Positions 1-10,490 of a stretch of DNA of 64,000 nt are shown piece by piece. The notes below the pieces were generated by a model. The model saw only the letters and a program-made list of their open reading frames with translations, searched no databases and was not told the origin of the DNA. Within the stretch, counting starts at the first letter, position 1. Each line of letters starts with the position of its first letter. The translations under genes and the position numbers were made by a program. The DNA comes from Candidatus Latescibacterota bacterium. GTDB taxonomy: Bacteria > Latescibacterota > UBA2968 > UBA8231. The stretch spans positions 1,152,001 through 1,216,000 of the forward strand of contig CBDETY010000003.1 in the NCBI GenBank assembly GCA_965243025.1. The letters run 5' to 3'.

Positions 1-1
1 C

Positions 2-223
2 GGTGACGCGATCTTCTTCACCGAGAGCCTGAGGCACGGGGGGCTGACCAATCGCACCCCCCAGGTGCGCAAGACCCTGCACGTCGGGTACGGCCCGCAC
101 TTCATGATGTCGCAGAACATCGCCACCATGGACGAACTGCCGTACATCACCGAGGGCACGAGGGCCCGCCTCAGCGAGGACCAGTACAACCTCTTCCGGC
201 CGTACCCGGAAAACGGCCGCTAA
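2..223 (+). CDS. C-terminal part of a phytanoyl-CoA dioxygenase (PhyH) family protein, truncated by the window edge
   Basis: Frame 2 reads GDAIFFTESLRHGGLTNRTPQVRKTLHVGYGP...ENGR*, matching the PhyH C-terminal pattern GD-x-x-FF...H-G-x-x-x-N...R; TAA at 221-223. Confidence 0.8.
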   Translation, partial: GDAIFFTESLRHGGLTNRTPQVRKTLHVGYGPHFMMSQNIATMDELPYITEGTRARLSEDQYNLFRPYPENGR

Positions 224-239
224 CCAGGGAGAAACAAGA

Positions 240-974
240 ATGAACGGCAATGGAGTCCCGCCCAAAGAGGCGGGGGAAACGAGGGTGGTCTACCTCGGCG
301 GCGACCAGCTGCACAACGGCACGGGCCAGCGCCAGTCGGTTCAACAGGTGTTCGACGAAACCGGGTGGCGGCTGCTGTTCACCCAGGACGCCCGCAACGT
401 CACGCCCGGGGTCCTCGCCGAAACCGATCTGCTGATGATCACGCGCTGGGGCGGCCCCATCGAGGGGTGGTGCCCCGACCCCTTCCACGAGGGGAAGATG
501 GAAAACGACGGGTACATGAGCGCCGAGCTCGAGGAGGCGATCGTCGCCAACGTCGTCGAACGCGGCATGGGGTTCATGGCCCTCCACTGCACCTGCTGGT
601 CGCCGGACCAGGTCAAGTTCAGCGAGATGATGGGGATCGAGGGGATCATGCACGGGCCGGTGCAGGACGTCTCGATGTACAACTTCAACCCCGATCACCC
701 GGTCAGTGCCGGGATCGAGGATTTCGTCATGCCTGAGGACGAGAACTTCGGGGTCATCCTCAAGCACCCGGACGCGGTCCCGCTCTACGAGACCCTCGGC
801 GCCAGGGACAAGAGGCACGACATCGCCGGCTGGGCCCTCGAGAACGGCAAGGGCCGCATAGTCGGACTCGTCGCCGGGCACACCTACACCGCCTGGCGCA
901 ACCCCACCTACCGCAAGCTCTACTGGCGCGGCGCCCACTGGGCGCTGGGACGGGAGATCCCGGATTCCGGATGA
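240..974 (+). CDS. ThuA-like / class I glutamine amidotransferase-like domain protein
   Basis: GGDxxH N-terminus, GMGFMALHC, HPV, DE, GKGRIVGLVAGH...YRKLYWRGAHWA; GGAG RBS upstream. Confidence 0.8.
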   Translation: MNGNGVPPKEAGETRVVYLGGDQLHNGTGQRQSVQQVFDETGWRLLFTQDARNVTPGVLAETDLLMITRWGGPIEGWCPDPFHEGKMENDGYMSAELEEAIVANVVERGMGFMALHCTCWSPDQVKFSEMMGIEGIMHGPVQDVSMYNFNPDHPVSAGIEDFVMPEDENFGVILKHPDAVPLYETLGARDKRHDIAGWALENGKGRIVGLVAGHTYTAWRNPTYRKLYWRGAHWALGREIPDSG

Positions 975-1023
975 AGCGCCGCACCGGAACGGCGGGTCTT
1001 TCTCAACGGGGCAGGCGGCGCAG

Positions 1024-2628
1024 GTGAGGGGCGGCGTGCCGGTCCTGTCCGCGGCGGACCACGAGAACTTCCTCGAGCACGGGTACGCAGTCGTGCCCGG
1101 CGCCGTCTCTCCCGAAACGATCGCCGCGGTGCTGCCGGTCCTGGAGAAGGACAACGGCAGGAGCCGCGACCTCCCCGAGATCCGCGCCTGCGCCAGCGAA
1201 CGCCTGATCGCCGCGGTTGCCGAGCTGTTCGGCCCCGGAAACGAACCGGTGCGCATGACCAGCGGGCGGGACATGGTCCGGCCGTACGAGCCGGAGGCGG
1301 AATGGAGCGGGGCGACCGCTCATGTCGACGACGCTTACCCCACCCTGATGCCGAACGGCTGGGCCATCGGCTGCTTCCTCTTCCTGACCCGCGTCAGATC
1401 CGGCGGAGGCGCCTTCATCTTCTTTCCCGGCTCACCCTGGCGCAACCGCGGATTGATGGAAGAGAACTGGCAGGCGGCAAAGGATGCGGTGGCCCTGCCG
1501 GAAAACTCCGGGGCCCCGCGCGAGTTTCTCGCCAGGCCCGGGGACGCCCTCCTGTTCCACCACCTGATGGGGCACTGCGGCTCTCCCAACGTCTCGGACC
1601 CGGAGGTCACCCGCCACGCGATCCTGACGCGGTGGCGCCCGCGGCGGCGCATCGTCCCCGGGATGAAGCCGTTCGCCCGCATGACGACCATCGAGAAGGC
1701 GAACTCCGCCCGCTGCTCCGCCCGCCGCCGCCAATGCCCCGAGCCGTCGCCGACCGTTGCGGACCCCGGGACCTGCGCCCTCCTCGCCGAGGGTCTGCAG
1801 GGGTTGGGCCGGGTGGCCGGCTGCGCCCTGCTTCATCACGGGGACGGGGTTCACCTGTTCTGCGCCGAAGAGCAGGAGGCCGGGCTGAGCCATCTCTTCA
1901 GCCGGGACCTGGTGCGCTGGGAGCGCCGGCCGCTGGAAGGAGTCGCCGCGGCCGGGGTGCGCTCCCTGCAGGTGCACCAGTACGGCCTCGAGGTCATCCT
2001 CGCCGTCGCTTCAGGCGCGGGGCGGGTCGCCCTGCACTCGTCGCGGGACTGCACTGCCTGGAAGGAGGTCGCCGTCGTCGAGGACTGCGAAACCGCGACG
2101 CCCTGGTTCACGTACTTCAAGTACGCGAGCAAGGTGGCGAAGGACCACACCCTGTTCACCGTGCCGGCGGGCAGGCCGGAAGAGATATTCTGCACCTGGG
2201 GGGAGCGCTGGGAGGAGGCCGCGGCCTGGGAGACTCGGTCCCTGGCCGCCCGAGCTCCTGAAGGGCGGCGGATCGCCGACGTCACGGTGGCGGCCCAGTA
2301 CTCGGAGACCGAGTGCGCCTTCGTCGCCGACCTCCGGGATCCCGGGGCGGAGGGGACCCTTCCGCACTATGCCCTGACCCGGGACACGGCCGCCGAGGGG
2401 GTAACCCTGCGGCCGCTGGCGTTTTCCGGAGCCGCGCCCCCGCGCACCGTGCGCGTGCTGAACAGGGCGCAGAGCTACTGGCTGGTGAGCTTCCTGGCGC
2501 GCGCCCCCGGCGGGGAGGACCGCCTGTTCTGGGGGGCGATCGACTGGTCGCCTCCTGACCCGGCGCTGGTCGGGCTGGACAGTCCCGAGGCCCTCGACGA
2601 GGCGCGCGCCATCGTGGGGATGCTGTAG
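1024..2628 (+). CDS. PhyH-family dioxygenase fused to a C-terminal beta-propeller-like domain
   Basis: FLEHGYAVV, HVD iron motif, PGDALLFHHLMGH...PN...R; C-terminal half has SRDLVRW and SRDCTAW Asp-box-like motifs; GTG start. Confidence 0.75.
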   Translation: MRGGVPVLSAADHENFLEHGYAVVPGAVSPETIAAVLPVLEKDNGRSRDLPEIRACASERLIAAVAELFGPGNEPVRMTSGRDMVRPYEPEAEWSGATAHVDDAYPTLMPNGWAIGCFLFLTRVRSGGGAFIFFPGSPWRNRGLMEENWQAAKDAVALPENSGAPREFLARPGDALLFHHLMGHCGSPNVSDPEVTRHAILTRWRPRRRIVPGMKPFARMTTIEKANSARCSARRRQCPEPSPTVADPGTCALLAEGLQGLGRVAGCALLHHGDGVHLFCAEEQEAGLSHLFSRDLVRWERRPLEGVAAAGVRSLQVHQYGLEVILAVASGAGRVALHSSRDCTAWKEVAVVEDCETATPWFTYFKYASKVAKDHTLFTVPAGRPEEIFCTWGERWEEAAAWETRSLAARAPEGRRIADVTVAAQYSETECAFVADLRDPGAEGTLPHYALTRDTAAEGVTLRPLAFSGAAPPRTVRVLNRAQSYWLVSFLARAPGGEDRLFWGAIDWSPPDPALVGLDSPEALDEARAIVGML

Positions 2629-2818
2629 TGCCTGCGCGCGAAATCCCCCCTGATTCCTGTCGACGCGTTGACTTCGCTGGCCGTAGGCCCCCGGCAGGAC
2701 CCGCTCGGGAGCCTTGCGAGCCGGGCGCACCGCCGCCCTCGTTCGTGCGCTTGCCTGCGCGTGCAGGCACGAAGATGGCGGAAACGGAGTCCCATCAGAA
2801 CCGACCGGGTACGGGCTG

Positions 2819-3646
2819 ATGGCGGTAATCCTGGTCACCGGCGCCAGCGGATTCATCGGACGCGGCCTGTCCGCGGAACTCGCCGGCCGCCACGACGTCA
2901 TTGCCATGAGCCGCAACGATCCGGGGCTCGACCTGCCCTGGGTGAAGGGGGAGTTCTTCGCCTGGGAGGACCTGCGCCGGCTCGACGGCCGCGGCATAGA
3001 CGTTGCCGTGCACCTGGCCGCGGTGCTGGCGAACGTTCACGAGCGCGAGCAGATGCGGGTCAACGTCGAGGGCACCCGCTGCCTGATGCGCTACCTGATC
3101 GATAACGGCTGCAGGAAGTTCGTCACCGCCAGCTCGATCGCCGCCGTCGGAATCCAGGACACCCGGTTCCGCCCCCTGCGGCTGCCGGTGCCTGACGACC
3201 ATCCCTGCCTCGACCGCTCGGGATACGGGTTCTCCAAGTTCATGATGGAGGAGGTGACCCGGTACTGCCAGCGCCGGAACGAGGAGGTCGACGTCATCAA
3301 CCTGCGGCTCTCCTCCGTGGCCCCCGACGACGGGATGCCGGAGAAGCGCACCGTCTCCCCCTTGCGGACCTGGACCCTGGGGTCGATCACCTTCATGGCC
3401 CTGTCCGACGCCGTCCGCGCCTTCGCGCTCGCCGCGGAGGCCCCTCACCGGGCAGGTGTGCGAACCCTGAACGCCGCCTCTCCCCGGGCCTGGGTGGCCG
3501 ACCCGGTGGCCGACATCCTGCGCGGATGGTGGGGAGACGAGGTCGACGTCAGCTGGTACGAGCAGCCGGGGCGGGAGTTCGACTCGGCGTACGACGTGAC
3601 GGGCATACGGAAGGAGCTCGGATTCGCGGCCGGGATCACGGAGTGA
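2819..3646 (+). CDS. NAD-dependent epimerase/dehydratase (extended SDR)
   Basis: ILVTGASGFIG, HLAA, NVEGT, YGFSK (YxxxK); start moved to ATG 2819 within ORF 2714-3646. Confidence 0.85.
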   Translation: MAVILVTGASGFIGRGLSAELAGRHDVIAMSRNDPGLDLPWVKGEFFAWEDLRRLDGRGIDVAVHLAAVLANVHEREQMRVNVEGTRCLMRYLIDNGCRKFVTASSIAAVGIQDTRFRPLRLPVPDDHPCLDRSGYGFSKFMMEEVTRYCQRRNEEVDVINLRLSSVAPDDGMPEKRTVSPLRTWTLGSITFMALSDAVRAFALAAEAPHRAGVRTLNAASPRAWVADPVADILRGWWGDEVDVSWYEQPGREFDSAYDVTGIRKELGFAAGITE

Positions 3647-3683
3647 TCCCAGGTCCGGGGAATCGACGAATGAAAGGACTGAG

Positions 3684-4415
3684 ATGAAAGGTGTAGTCCT
3701 CGCAGGCGGCCTGGGCACGCGGCTGCAGCCGTTGACGCGCATTACCAACAAGCACCTGCTGCCGGTGTACGACAAGCCGATGATCTACTACCCGATGCAG
3801 ACGCTCGTCGACGCCGGCATCACCGACATCATGCTGGTGACCGGGGGCGACTCCGCGGGGGATTTCCTGCGGCTCATAGGCAACGGCGAGGACTTCGGCC
3901 TGTCGCGCATCAACTACGCGTACCAGAAAGGGGAGGGGGGGATCGCCGAGGCGCTCGGCCTCTGCCGGGAGTTCGCCGGCGACGACAAGCTGATCGTCGT
4001 CCTCGGGGACAACATCCTCGAGAAGGGGATCGCCGCCGGCGTCGAGGCCTTCGCCGCCCAGGAAGCCGGGGCCCGCATCTTCCTCAAGCAGGTCGACCAC
4101 CCCTGGGAGTACGGCATCGCCGAGACCGACGGCGACAGGGTAATCCGCATCATCGAGAAACCGCAGGATCCCCCGACCGACCTCGCCGTCATCGGGGTGT
4201 ACATGTATCCCCCCGACGTCTTCGACATCATCCCCGACCTGGAGCCCTCCGGCCGCGGCGAGCTCGAGATCACCGACGTCAACAACGCCTACATCGAGCG
4301 CGGCCGGATGCAGTTCGAGATGCTCGAGGGCTGGTGGATGGACGCCGGCGAGAACCACGAGTCGCTGCTGCAGGCCAACCTGACGGTCGCCCGCCATGCC
4401 GGCGTCGCGATCTGA
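3684..4415 (+). CDS. Sugar-1-phosphate nucleotidyltransferase (short RmlA/SpsI-like)
   Basis: MKGVVLAGGLGTRLQPLT, KHLLPVYDKPMIYYP, LGDN, EKP, RGELEITD. Confidence 0.9.
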   Translation: MKGVVLAGGLGTRLQPLTRITNKHLLPVYDKPMIYYPMQTLVDAGITDIMLVTGGDSAGDFLRLIGNGEDFGLSRINYAYQKGEGGIAEALGLCREFAGDDKLIVVLGDNILEKGIAAGVEAFAAQEAGARIFLKQVDHPWEYGIAETDGDRVIRIIEKPQDPPTDLAVIGVYMYPPDVFDIIPDLEPSGRGELEITDVNNAYIERGRMQFEMLEGWWMDAGENHESLLQANLTVARHAGVAI

Positions 4416-4472
4416 GTTCCCGGCCCTGGAAACGGCGGAGTCGCGGAAACCGAATTCCCGAGGAAGGTCGTC

Positions 4473-5144
4473 GTGAGCCTGCCACGGGTTCCGGAGCCTG
4501 AGCTGATGTCGGCAGATGAACAGGCACGGGCCTACGCCGGCGCCGACTTCGAGGAGCCGCACGGCAACTTCATCCGCCTCCTGAAGGAACGGCTTCCCGG
4601 GCTGCCGGAGCAGGGGACCGCCCTCGACCTCGGCTGCGGTCCGGGCGACATCGGCATCCGTTTCGCCCGCGCTTTTGCCGGCTGGAACCTGCACGGCCTC
4701 GACGGCTCGGCGGCCATGCTGGCGCTCGCCCGCGAAGCGGTCGACGCCGCCCGCCTCGCGCACCGCATCGAACTGATCGAAGCGCGGCTGCAGGACGGGC
4801 GGCTGCCCGCGGCGGCCTACGACCTGGTGTTCTCCAACAGCCTTCTCCACCACCTCGAGGACCCGGCGGTCCTGTGGGAGTCCGTCAAGCGCCACGCGCG
4901 GCCCGGAGGCCAGGTTTTCGCGATGGACCTGATGCGCCCCGAAAGCGAGAGCCGGCTTGTAGAGCTCGCCGCGACCTACCGGGACGAGCCGGAGGTGCTG
5001 CAGCGGGACTTCCGCAATTCCCTGCGCGCGGCGTACCGGTTGGGTGAAGTGCGGCTGCAGCTGGAGGAGGCCGGCATGCCCGGGCTTCAGGTGGGGCCCG
5101 GGTCCGACCGCCATCTCATGGTCTGGGGACGGATTCCCGCCTGA
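4473..5144 (+). CDS. Class I SAM-dependent methyltransferase
   Basis: RVPEPELM N-terminus, LDLGCGPG motif I, LDGSAAML, SNSLLHHL, DLMRP. Confidence 0.9.
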   Translation: MSLPRVPEPELMSADEQARAYAGADFEEPHGNFIRLLKERLPGLPEQGTALDLGCGPGDIGIRFARAFAGWNLHGLDGSAAMLALAREAVDAARLAHRIELIEARLQDGRLPAAAYDLVFSNSLLHHLEDPAVLWESVKRHARPGGQVFAMDLMRPESESRLVELAATYRDEPEVLQRDFRNSLRAAYRLGEVRLQLEEAGMPGLQVGPGSDRHLMVWGRIPA

Positions 5145-5259
5145 CCTCGGCTCCGGCCTTTTTTCATCGGGCGGGTGGGCAGGGACTGCGGGGCGGCGTG
5201 AGAACGCCTGTGATCCAGAGGATGTGAAGGATGGTTCAAGGAAGGAAAGGAAGCCGCAG

Positions 5260-6105
5260 GTGAAACAGGAAGATTTCGATTTCTTCAAGGAGAACGGCTA
5301 CCTCCTGCTCGAGCAGTTCCTCAGCGACGAGGAAGTAGCCCGCTATGTGGATGTGTTCGAACGGGAAAGGCGGGACTACGGCCGTTTCTGGACCAACAAC
5401 GGCATCTGGCAGACCCAGTACTGCCAGTCGCTGCTGACAGCGCCCGAGTTCGATGGGATCATCCGCCACCCCAATGTCATGGAGCCCCTCCGGGGCCTGA
5501 TGGGGGGCGAAGCATGCTTCGGACAGATCTGCCTCAACAACATGGAGCCGTACCAGGGGGAACCGGTTCCCGGGATGACGTCGTGGTACGGACCCGTGGG
5601 GCGCCGCTGGCACCGCGACGGGGGGGCGCGGCTGATGTGGCGGGAACACCCGCTGCGCATCGGCTACATGAGGCTGCAGGTCTACCTGACCGGCGTCGAC
5701 GAAACGACTCACAGCTTCGCCATTTCTCCCGAATCGATCGATCAGGAGCTTCTGAGCAAGGACGATCAGCTGGCGCGGGGCGGGGTTCGCGACCTGCAGG
5801 GCCGGGCGGGTGCGGCGATTCTGTTCAACATATCCTGCCTGCACACGGTCTGCATCCGTCCGACGCAGGCGGAAAGAAAAACCGTGGGTATCTACTACGG
5901 TCACCGGCACCGGGAGTACCACAGCGACCATACCTATGTCCCTCCCTCCCTCTGGCGGGACCACCCGGACGGGGAAGTTCGCGGGTTCTACGGCGTTCTC
6001 AACGGAATGACCCGGACCTACCTCGAGCGCACGGCCGGGCGCGGGGAGGTTGCCGCGAACGAGGCGCTGGAGATTCTGGAGGGCATTCCGCCGGCAAGGC
6101 CATGA
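5260..6105 (+). CDS. PhyH-family dioxygenase
   Basis: FFKENGYL, WHRD, YLTGV, GAAILFN...LH; GTG start after AAGGAAAGG. Confidence 0.85.
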   Translation: MKQEDFDFFKENGYLLLEQFLSDEEVARYVDVFERERRDYGRFWTNNGIWQTQYCQSLLTAPEFDGIIRHPNVMEPLRGLMGGEACFGQICLNNMEPYQGEPVPGMTSWYGPVGRRWHRDGGARLMWREHPLRIGYMRLQVYLTGVDETTHSFAISPESIDQELLSKDDQLARGGVRDLQGRAGAAILFNISCLHTVCIRPTQAERKTVGIYYGHRHREYHSDHTYVPPSLWRDHPDGEVRGFYGVLNGMTRTYLERTAGRGEVAANEALEILEGIPPARP

Positions 6106-6294
6106 AACCGCCGGAACGTTGGCGAAGCCGCACCCGAGACACCGGGCAAACATCGCGGCGATGGCCTGGGGACGGCTTTCCGGCCTGGAATGGCAGCTTC
6201 CGGTGCCGGCGCGGGTAATTGAGCGTACGAAACGAGCGAGCCGGGATGCGGCGGCGACCGGATTCGCGCGGAATCGGGCAAGCAGGCAGCAGGC

Positions 6295-7377
6295 TTACCG
6301 ATACCTGTCCCGCAGCAGCCGCGCCCCCCGGCACATGGCCGAGAGCTTGAGGAAGGAGCGGTCGAAGTTCGCGCCGTTGCCCGCGGTGGTGGCGAAGCCG
6401 CAATCCGGATTGAGCGAAATCCTCTCCTTGTCGACGAACCGCATCGCCGCCTTCACCCGCCGGACGACCGTCTCCGGCGTCTCCACCTTCGGACTGCCGG
6501 GCGCTATCACCCCCAGTCCCAGCAGCTTGTCGTCGGGAAACCCCTCCAGCGGCTGCAGCTGCCGCGCCACCGGGCTGTTGAACTCCATCGCGAAGCGGTC
6601 CGCCGGCATTCTCCGCACCGCGCCCATGATCAGGTCGCGGGCCTGCGGGATGACCCGGTTCCGGTCCCCGTGGGCGTGGCACAGGTGGACGCTGAGGAAG
6701 GTGCCGTCGAGTCCCTTCGCGACCTCGCCGATCGTCTCCACGGAGAGCTCCACGGCGGCCTGCAGCGAAGCCGTGTCCGCCTCCAGGCCGTAGGTCTCCG
6801 GGTCGGCGAGGCGCGGCAGCAGCGGCTCGTCGAGCTGAACGGCGTCGACGCCGGACCGGGAGAGGGCGAGGATCTCGTCCCGGAGAACCGGCGCGCAGGC
6901 GCGGGCGAAGCTTTCCCTGGAGGGATAAGCCTCTGCCGAGTGCCGCGGATGCCACAGGAGGTCGGCGACGGCGCAGGGAGAGGGCAGGGGAACGATGATC
7001 CTGCGATCGGTAATGCGGCGCAGGAACTCCGCCTCGTCGCTGACGATGGGGCCCCTGGGCTGAAGCTCCTCGACGACGAAGGCGTGCAGCAGCAGGGGGC
7101 CGCGCTGGACTTTCTCCCGGCGGAAGCCGCCCACCTTGTCGGCGAACACGCGGGTGTAGTTCTCGCGGCGGCACTCCCCGTCGGAGAGGTAGTCGAGGCC
7201 GGCGCGCTCCTGCATCAGGACAGACGACCGGACCGCGGCGTCGAGGAGCTTGTCCGCCCCGGGTGCGCTCAGGCGCCCGGCGATGCGGTCGGCGATGACA
7301 TCCTGCACCCATCGCGGGCGGGGGAGGCTGCCGATCACCATGGTGGGAAAAAGGGTATCCAGTGGAGGTGCGGTCAT
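6295..7377 (-). CDS. Cobalamin-independent methionine synthase II family (MetE C-terminal-like) protein
   Basis: IGSLPRP, QERAGLDYLSDGE, QLDEP, HLC zinc ligands, LGLGVI, NPDCGF. Confidence 0.9.
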   Translation of the reverse strand: MTAPPLDTLFPTMVIGSLPRPRWVQDVIADRIAGRLSAPGADKLLDAAVRSSVLMQERAGLDYLSDGECRRENYTRVFADKVGGFRREKVQRGPLLLHAFVVEELQPRGPIVSDEAEFLRRITDRRIIVPLPSPCAVADLLWHPRHSAEAYPSRESFARACAPVLRDEILALSRSGVDAVQLDEPLLPRLADPETYGLEADTASLQAAVELSVETIGEVAKGLDGTFLSVHLCHAHGDRNRVIPQARDLIMGAVRRMPADRFAMEFNSPVARQLQPLEGFPDDKLLGLGVIAPGSPKVETPETVVRRVKAAMRFVDKERISLNPDCGFATTAGNGANFDRSFLKLSAMCRGARLLRDRYR

Positions 7378-7607
7378 TGAAGGGGTGCCCAGGTCATTTC
7401 AGTCATCCCGAGGTTTCGGCCATCCAAGGAGTTTTGGCGGCGGCTTGGAGCCCGGCCGGGTTGTTGGTTGGCGCGGGAAGCAACGGCAGTCCGGACGGGA
7501 GTCAAGGCACGCCGCGGGAGCACAGGAAGCCATGGAGAGAATGCTCTTCGCTATATTGGTCCGCACCGGAGCCGGCCGCTGTCAATCCACCGGACAGGTC
7601 ACCTGAA

Positions 7608-8429
7608 ATGACAACCCGACTCACAGACGCTCACTTCGAGGAATTCCGTGCCAGAGGCTACCTGATCGTGCGCGATTTCATCTCCGAAAGGCAACGCCGG
7701 GAGATGGCGGCCGCCCTGCGCAGGCTGCTCAGACCCTGGGAGGAAATAAAGGATGATGCACCGGAAGACCGCAGCGACCATCGCATCTTTCCCTATCCCG
7801 AACCCTGTCTGAACCGGGCCATCCTCCATCCCGAGGCCCTCGCATTCGCCAGACGCTGGCACCAGACCGACCACATCCACTACCGCCAGGGTGTGGCCAT
7901 GGTCCGCTATCCCGGTTTTGCCGGCGATTCCGGCAAACCCCACATCGACAACGGCAACAACTCCCTGTTGCCCGCCACCGAGTCCGACCGGCGCCACGCG
8001 CAGATCGTCTTCTGGGTCTTCCCCGAGGACGTGGACGAGGACCAGGCTCCGCTCCGCATCATCGCAACCGCGGGCGGCCGCGACCTCGGCAAGTCCGAAG
8101 TGGCGGCCGTGCCCGGCGGATCAGCAGCCATCTTCCACACTTATACCTGGCATTCGGCCGGCAATTACCTGAGGCCGGACGGCCAGCGCTATTCCTGGAG
8201 CTTCGGGTTCGGGCGGGCGGACCATTACTGGGAAGGCGTCAAGCACTACACCGACCAGGGATCCAACCCGGATTTTCGAGCCTTCATCGGGTCCCTGACG
8301 GCGAAAGAGCGGGAGGTCTTCTGGTTTCCGCCGCCGGGCCATTCCTACTACACCGGCCAGACCCTCGCCTCGCTGGAGGAGCAGTACCCGGGTTGGAATG
8401 CCCGCGGGGAGTACCGGCCGAACAGCTGA
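7608..8429 (+). CDS. PhyH-family dioxygenase
   Basis: EFRARGYLIV, HID, GSAAIF...TWH; ATG 7608 in frame with ORF 7362-8429. Confidence 0.85.
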   Translation: MTTRLTDAHFEEFRARGYLIVRDFISERQRREMAAALRRLLRPWEEIKDDAPEDRSDHRIFPYPEPCLNRAILHPEALAFARRWHQTDHIHYRQGVAMVRYPGFAGDSGKPHIDNGNNSLLPATESDRRHAQIVFWVFPEDVDEDQAPLRIIATAGGRDLGKSEVAAVPGGSAAIFHTYTWHSAGNYLRPDGQRYSWSFGFGRADHYWEGVKHYTDQGSNPDFRAFIGSLTAKEREVFWFPPPGHSYYTGQTLASLEEQYPGWNARGEYRPNS

Positions 8430-8589
8430 AAGTTGCCGACCGGATATCCGGCGGAGAACCGCAGGTGTCAGGGCGGGGCCCGAAACGTACGCGTCCTGCT
8501 CGGAGCGCCGGCCACCTGGGGCGAGCCGGCGCCCCGGGTGTCTGCCCGGCGCCGCCCCCCGGCCGGAACAGCGACTTGTCAACGGGCTG

Positions 8590-9609
8590 TCACAGCCGGC
8601 TCCAGTCGAAGACGGCTCCGAGGTACTCCTCCCGCTTGGAGGTCAGCCCATCGTAGATGCGCTGGCAGTCCGCCGGCGGGGCGAGCTGGTCGAGCAGCGG
8701 CGCCACCCGCAGCTTCCCAGATGCGATCCAGTCGGCGATCTGCCGGTAGTTGGCCGCCAGGTCCCGGGTCCGCTCGCTCTCGTGCATGGGCCAGCGCCAC
8801 TCCAGGGAGCCGATCATGCGGATCGCCTCGAGGTGGAGCCGCAGCAGCATGGGGGTGACGTCGAAGGTCGCCGGCGCCCTCGGGCTCCCGAGCAGGATCA
8901 CCTCCCCGTGGCGGGCGGTCTGGGCGACCGCCTGGCCGACGACTTCGCTGACGCCGATCGCCTCGACGGCGATGCGGGCCTTGCGTCCCTCCGTCCACTC
9001 GTCGACCGCTTCACCGAGATCGTCGGCCGCCGGATTGACGGTCCGCTCGATGCCGCACTCCCGCGCCCGCCGCAGCCGGTAGTCCGACAGGTCGGCGGCC
9101 ATGACGTCGGCCCCGGCCATCCGGAAGAGCTGGGCGGCGAAGTTGCCGACCAGCCCCATCCCCATGACCAGAACCGTGTCGCCCGGCTGCACCGACGACG
9201 AGCGCAGGGCGGCGATGCTGACCCCGGCCATGCGCGAGAAAACCATCTGCTCCCCCGGGGCGTCACGGGGGACCGGAAGGGCGAAGCGGCCTGCGTCCGC
9301 CTTGACGACGCTGGCGTGGCTGGAAAAGCTCAGCACGCGGTCGCCGGGACGGCACATCAGATCCCCGGAACCGACGGCGATCACCTCGCCGAGATTGCCG
9401 TACCCCGTGGGGCGCGGGTACCTGCCGGCATCGCCGAACGGCATCTCCTTCACCAGGCCGGTGAACCCGGCCCCCTCGGTCCCGGCGCTGACGATGGAGT
9501 ACTCTGTGCGCACCAGGGCCTCGTGCGGTGCCAGCTCCTCGTCGAGCGCCGCCGCCTGCAGCTCGATGCTTCCGGGTTCGGTTACGATCAGCCGATGTGT
9601 TTCCAACAC
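8590..9609 (-). CDS. Medium-chain (zinc-binding type) alcohol dehydrogenase family protein
   Basis: SAGTE, GYGNLGEV, PGDRV, GMGLVG Rossmann motif; GTG start after GGAGG. Confidence 0.85.
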   Translation of the reverse strand: MLETHRLIVTEPGSIELQAAALDEELAPHEALVRTEYSIVSAGTEGAGFTGLVKEMPFGDAGRYPRPTGYGNLGEVIAVGSGDLMCRPGDRVLSFSSHASVVKADAGRFALPVPRDAPGEQMVFSRMAGVSIAALRSSSVQPGDTVLVMGMGLVGNFAAQLFRMAGADVMAADLSDYRLRRARECGIERTVNPAADDLGEAVDEWTEGRKARIAVEAIGVSEVVGQAVAQTARHGEVILLGSPRAPATFDVTPMLLRLHLEAIRMIGSLEWRWPMHESERTRDLAANYRQIADWIASGKLRVAPLLDQLAPPADCQRIYDGLTSKREEYLGAVFDWSRL

Positions 9610-9708
9610 TTCATCCTCCGAACAGTTGAACGGCCCCGCGGCGACTGGACATCCCCCGCGGGAGCGCATAAAGTAGTCGCCCCGGTAACCCGGACCAGCA
9701 ATCGGACG

Positions 9709-10485
9709 ATGAGCTACCTCGAGCAGTTGTTCTCCCTGGAAGGGAAGCTGGCGGTCGTAACCGGCGGCAGCCGGGGCCTGGGCCGGGGCATGGCGGAGGC
9801 CCTGCTGGGAGCCGGCGCCGAGGTCGTCCTGGTGAGTGCCGACCGGGATCGGTTGCAGGCGGCAACCGCGGAGCTTCGCGCCTCCGGGCGGAAAGCCTCC
9901 TCCTGCCGCTGCGACCTGCAGTCGGCCGCCGAGATCGACCGCCTGTGCCGCTTCGTCGAGAAGGAGCACGGCGGTCTCGACGTACTCGTCAACGCCGCCG
10001 GGGTCACCACCGGCTGGAACGAGGTGCTCGAGTACCCGGACGAGGCCTGGGAGAAGACCCTGAAGATCAACCTCGAGGCCCCGTTCAGGTTGTGCCGCGG
10101 AATGGCGCGGCTGATGGCGGAGAAGGGCGGGGCCATCGTCAACGTCACCAGCCTGGCGGTTGAACGGGGGGCTCCCGACAACCCCGCTTACGGCGCCGCC
10201 AAGGGGGGACTGCGGTCGATGACGAGGTCCCTGGCGGTGAGCCTGGGGAAGTACGGAATCCGCGTAAACAACATCGGCCCCGGGTACATCCGGACCGACA
10301 TGACCGGCCTCAGCTGGAACGACCCCGGGCTGCGCGAACGGCGCCGGCAGGCGACGATCCTCAAGCGCTGGGGGCGGCCGGAGGACCTCGCCGGAACGGT
10401 GCTCCTGCTGGCATCCGACGCCGGCAGGTACATAACCGGCCAGGACATCTACGTCGACGGCGGCTGGCTGGCAAACTTCGATTGA
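9709..10485 (+). CDS. Short-chain dehydrogenase/reductase (gluconate 5-dehydrogenase/KduD-like)
   Basis: [44 protein letters not shown]. Confidence 0.92.
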   Translation: MSYLEQLFSLEGKLAVVTGGSRGLGRGMAEALLGAGAEVVLVSADRDRLQAATAELRASGRKASSCRCDLQSAAEIDRLCRFVEKEHGGLDVLVNAAGVTTGWNEVLEYPDEAWEKTLKINLEAPFRLCRGMARLMAEKGGAIVNVTSLAVERGAPDNPAYGAAKGGLRSMTRSLAVSLGKYGIRVNNIGPGYIRTDMTGLSWNDPGLRERRRQATILKRWGRPEDLAGTVLLLASDAGRYITGQDIYVDGGWLANFD

Positions 10486-10490
10486 GAGAA

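Noticed and set aside
7378-7607. Cobalamin or SAM riboswitch upstream of the MetE-like gene
   Set aside because: No B12-box or S-box consensus on the minus strand
8398-9708. Long N-terminal extensions in the ORF track (e.g. SDR from 8398, PPS from 21832, CRTAC1 from 55893)
   Set aside because: Extensions overlap real genes; family motifs and RBS or stop-start overlaps point to the downstream starts used here
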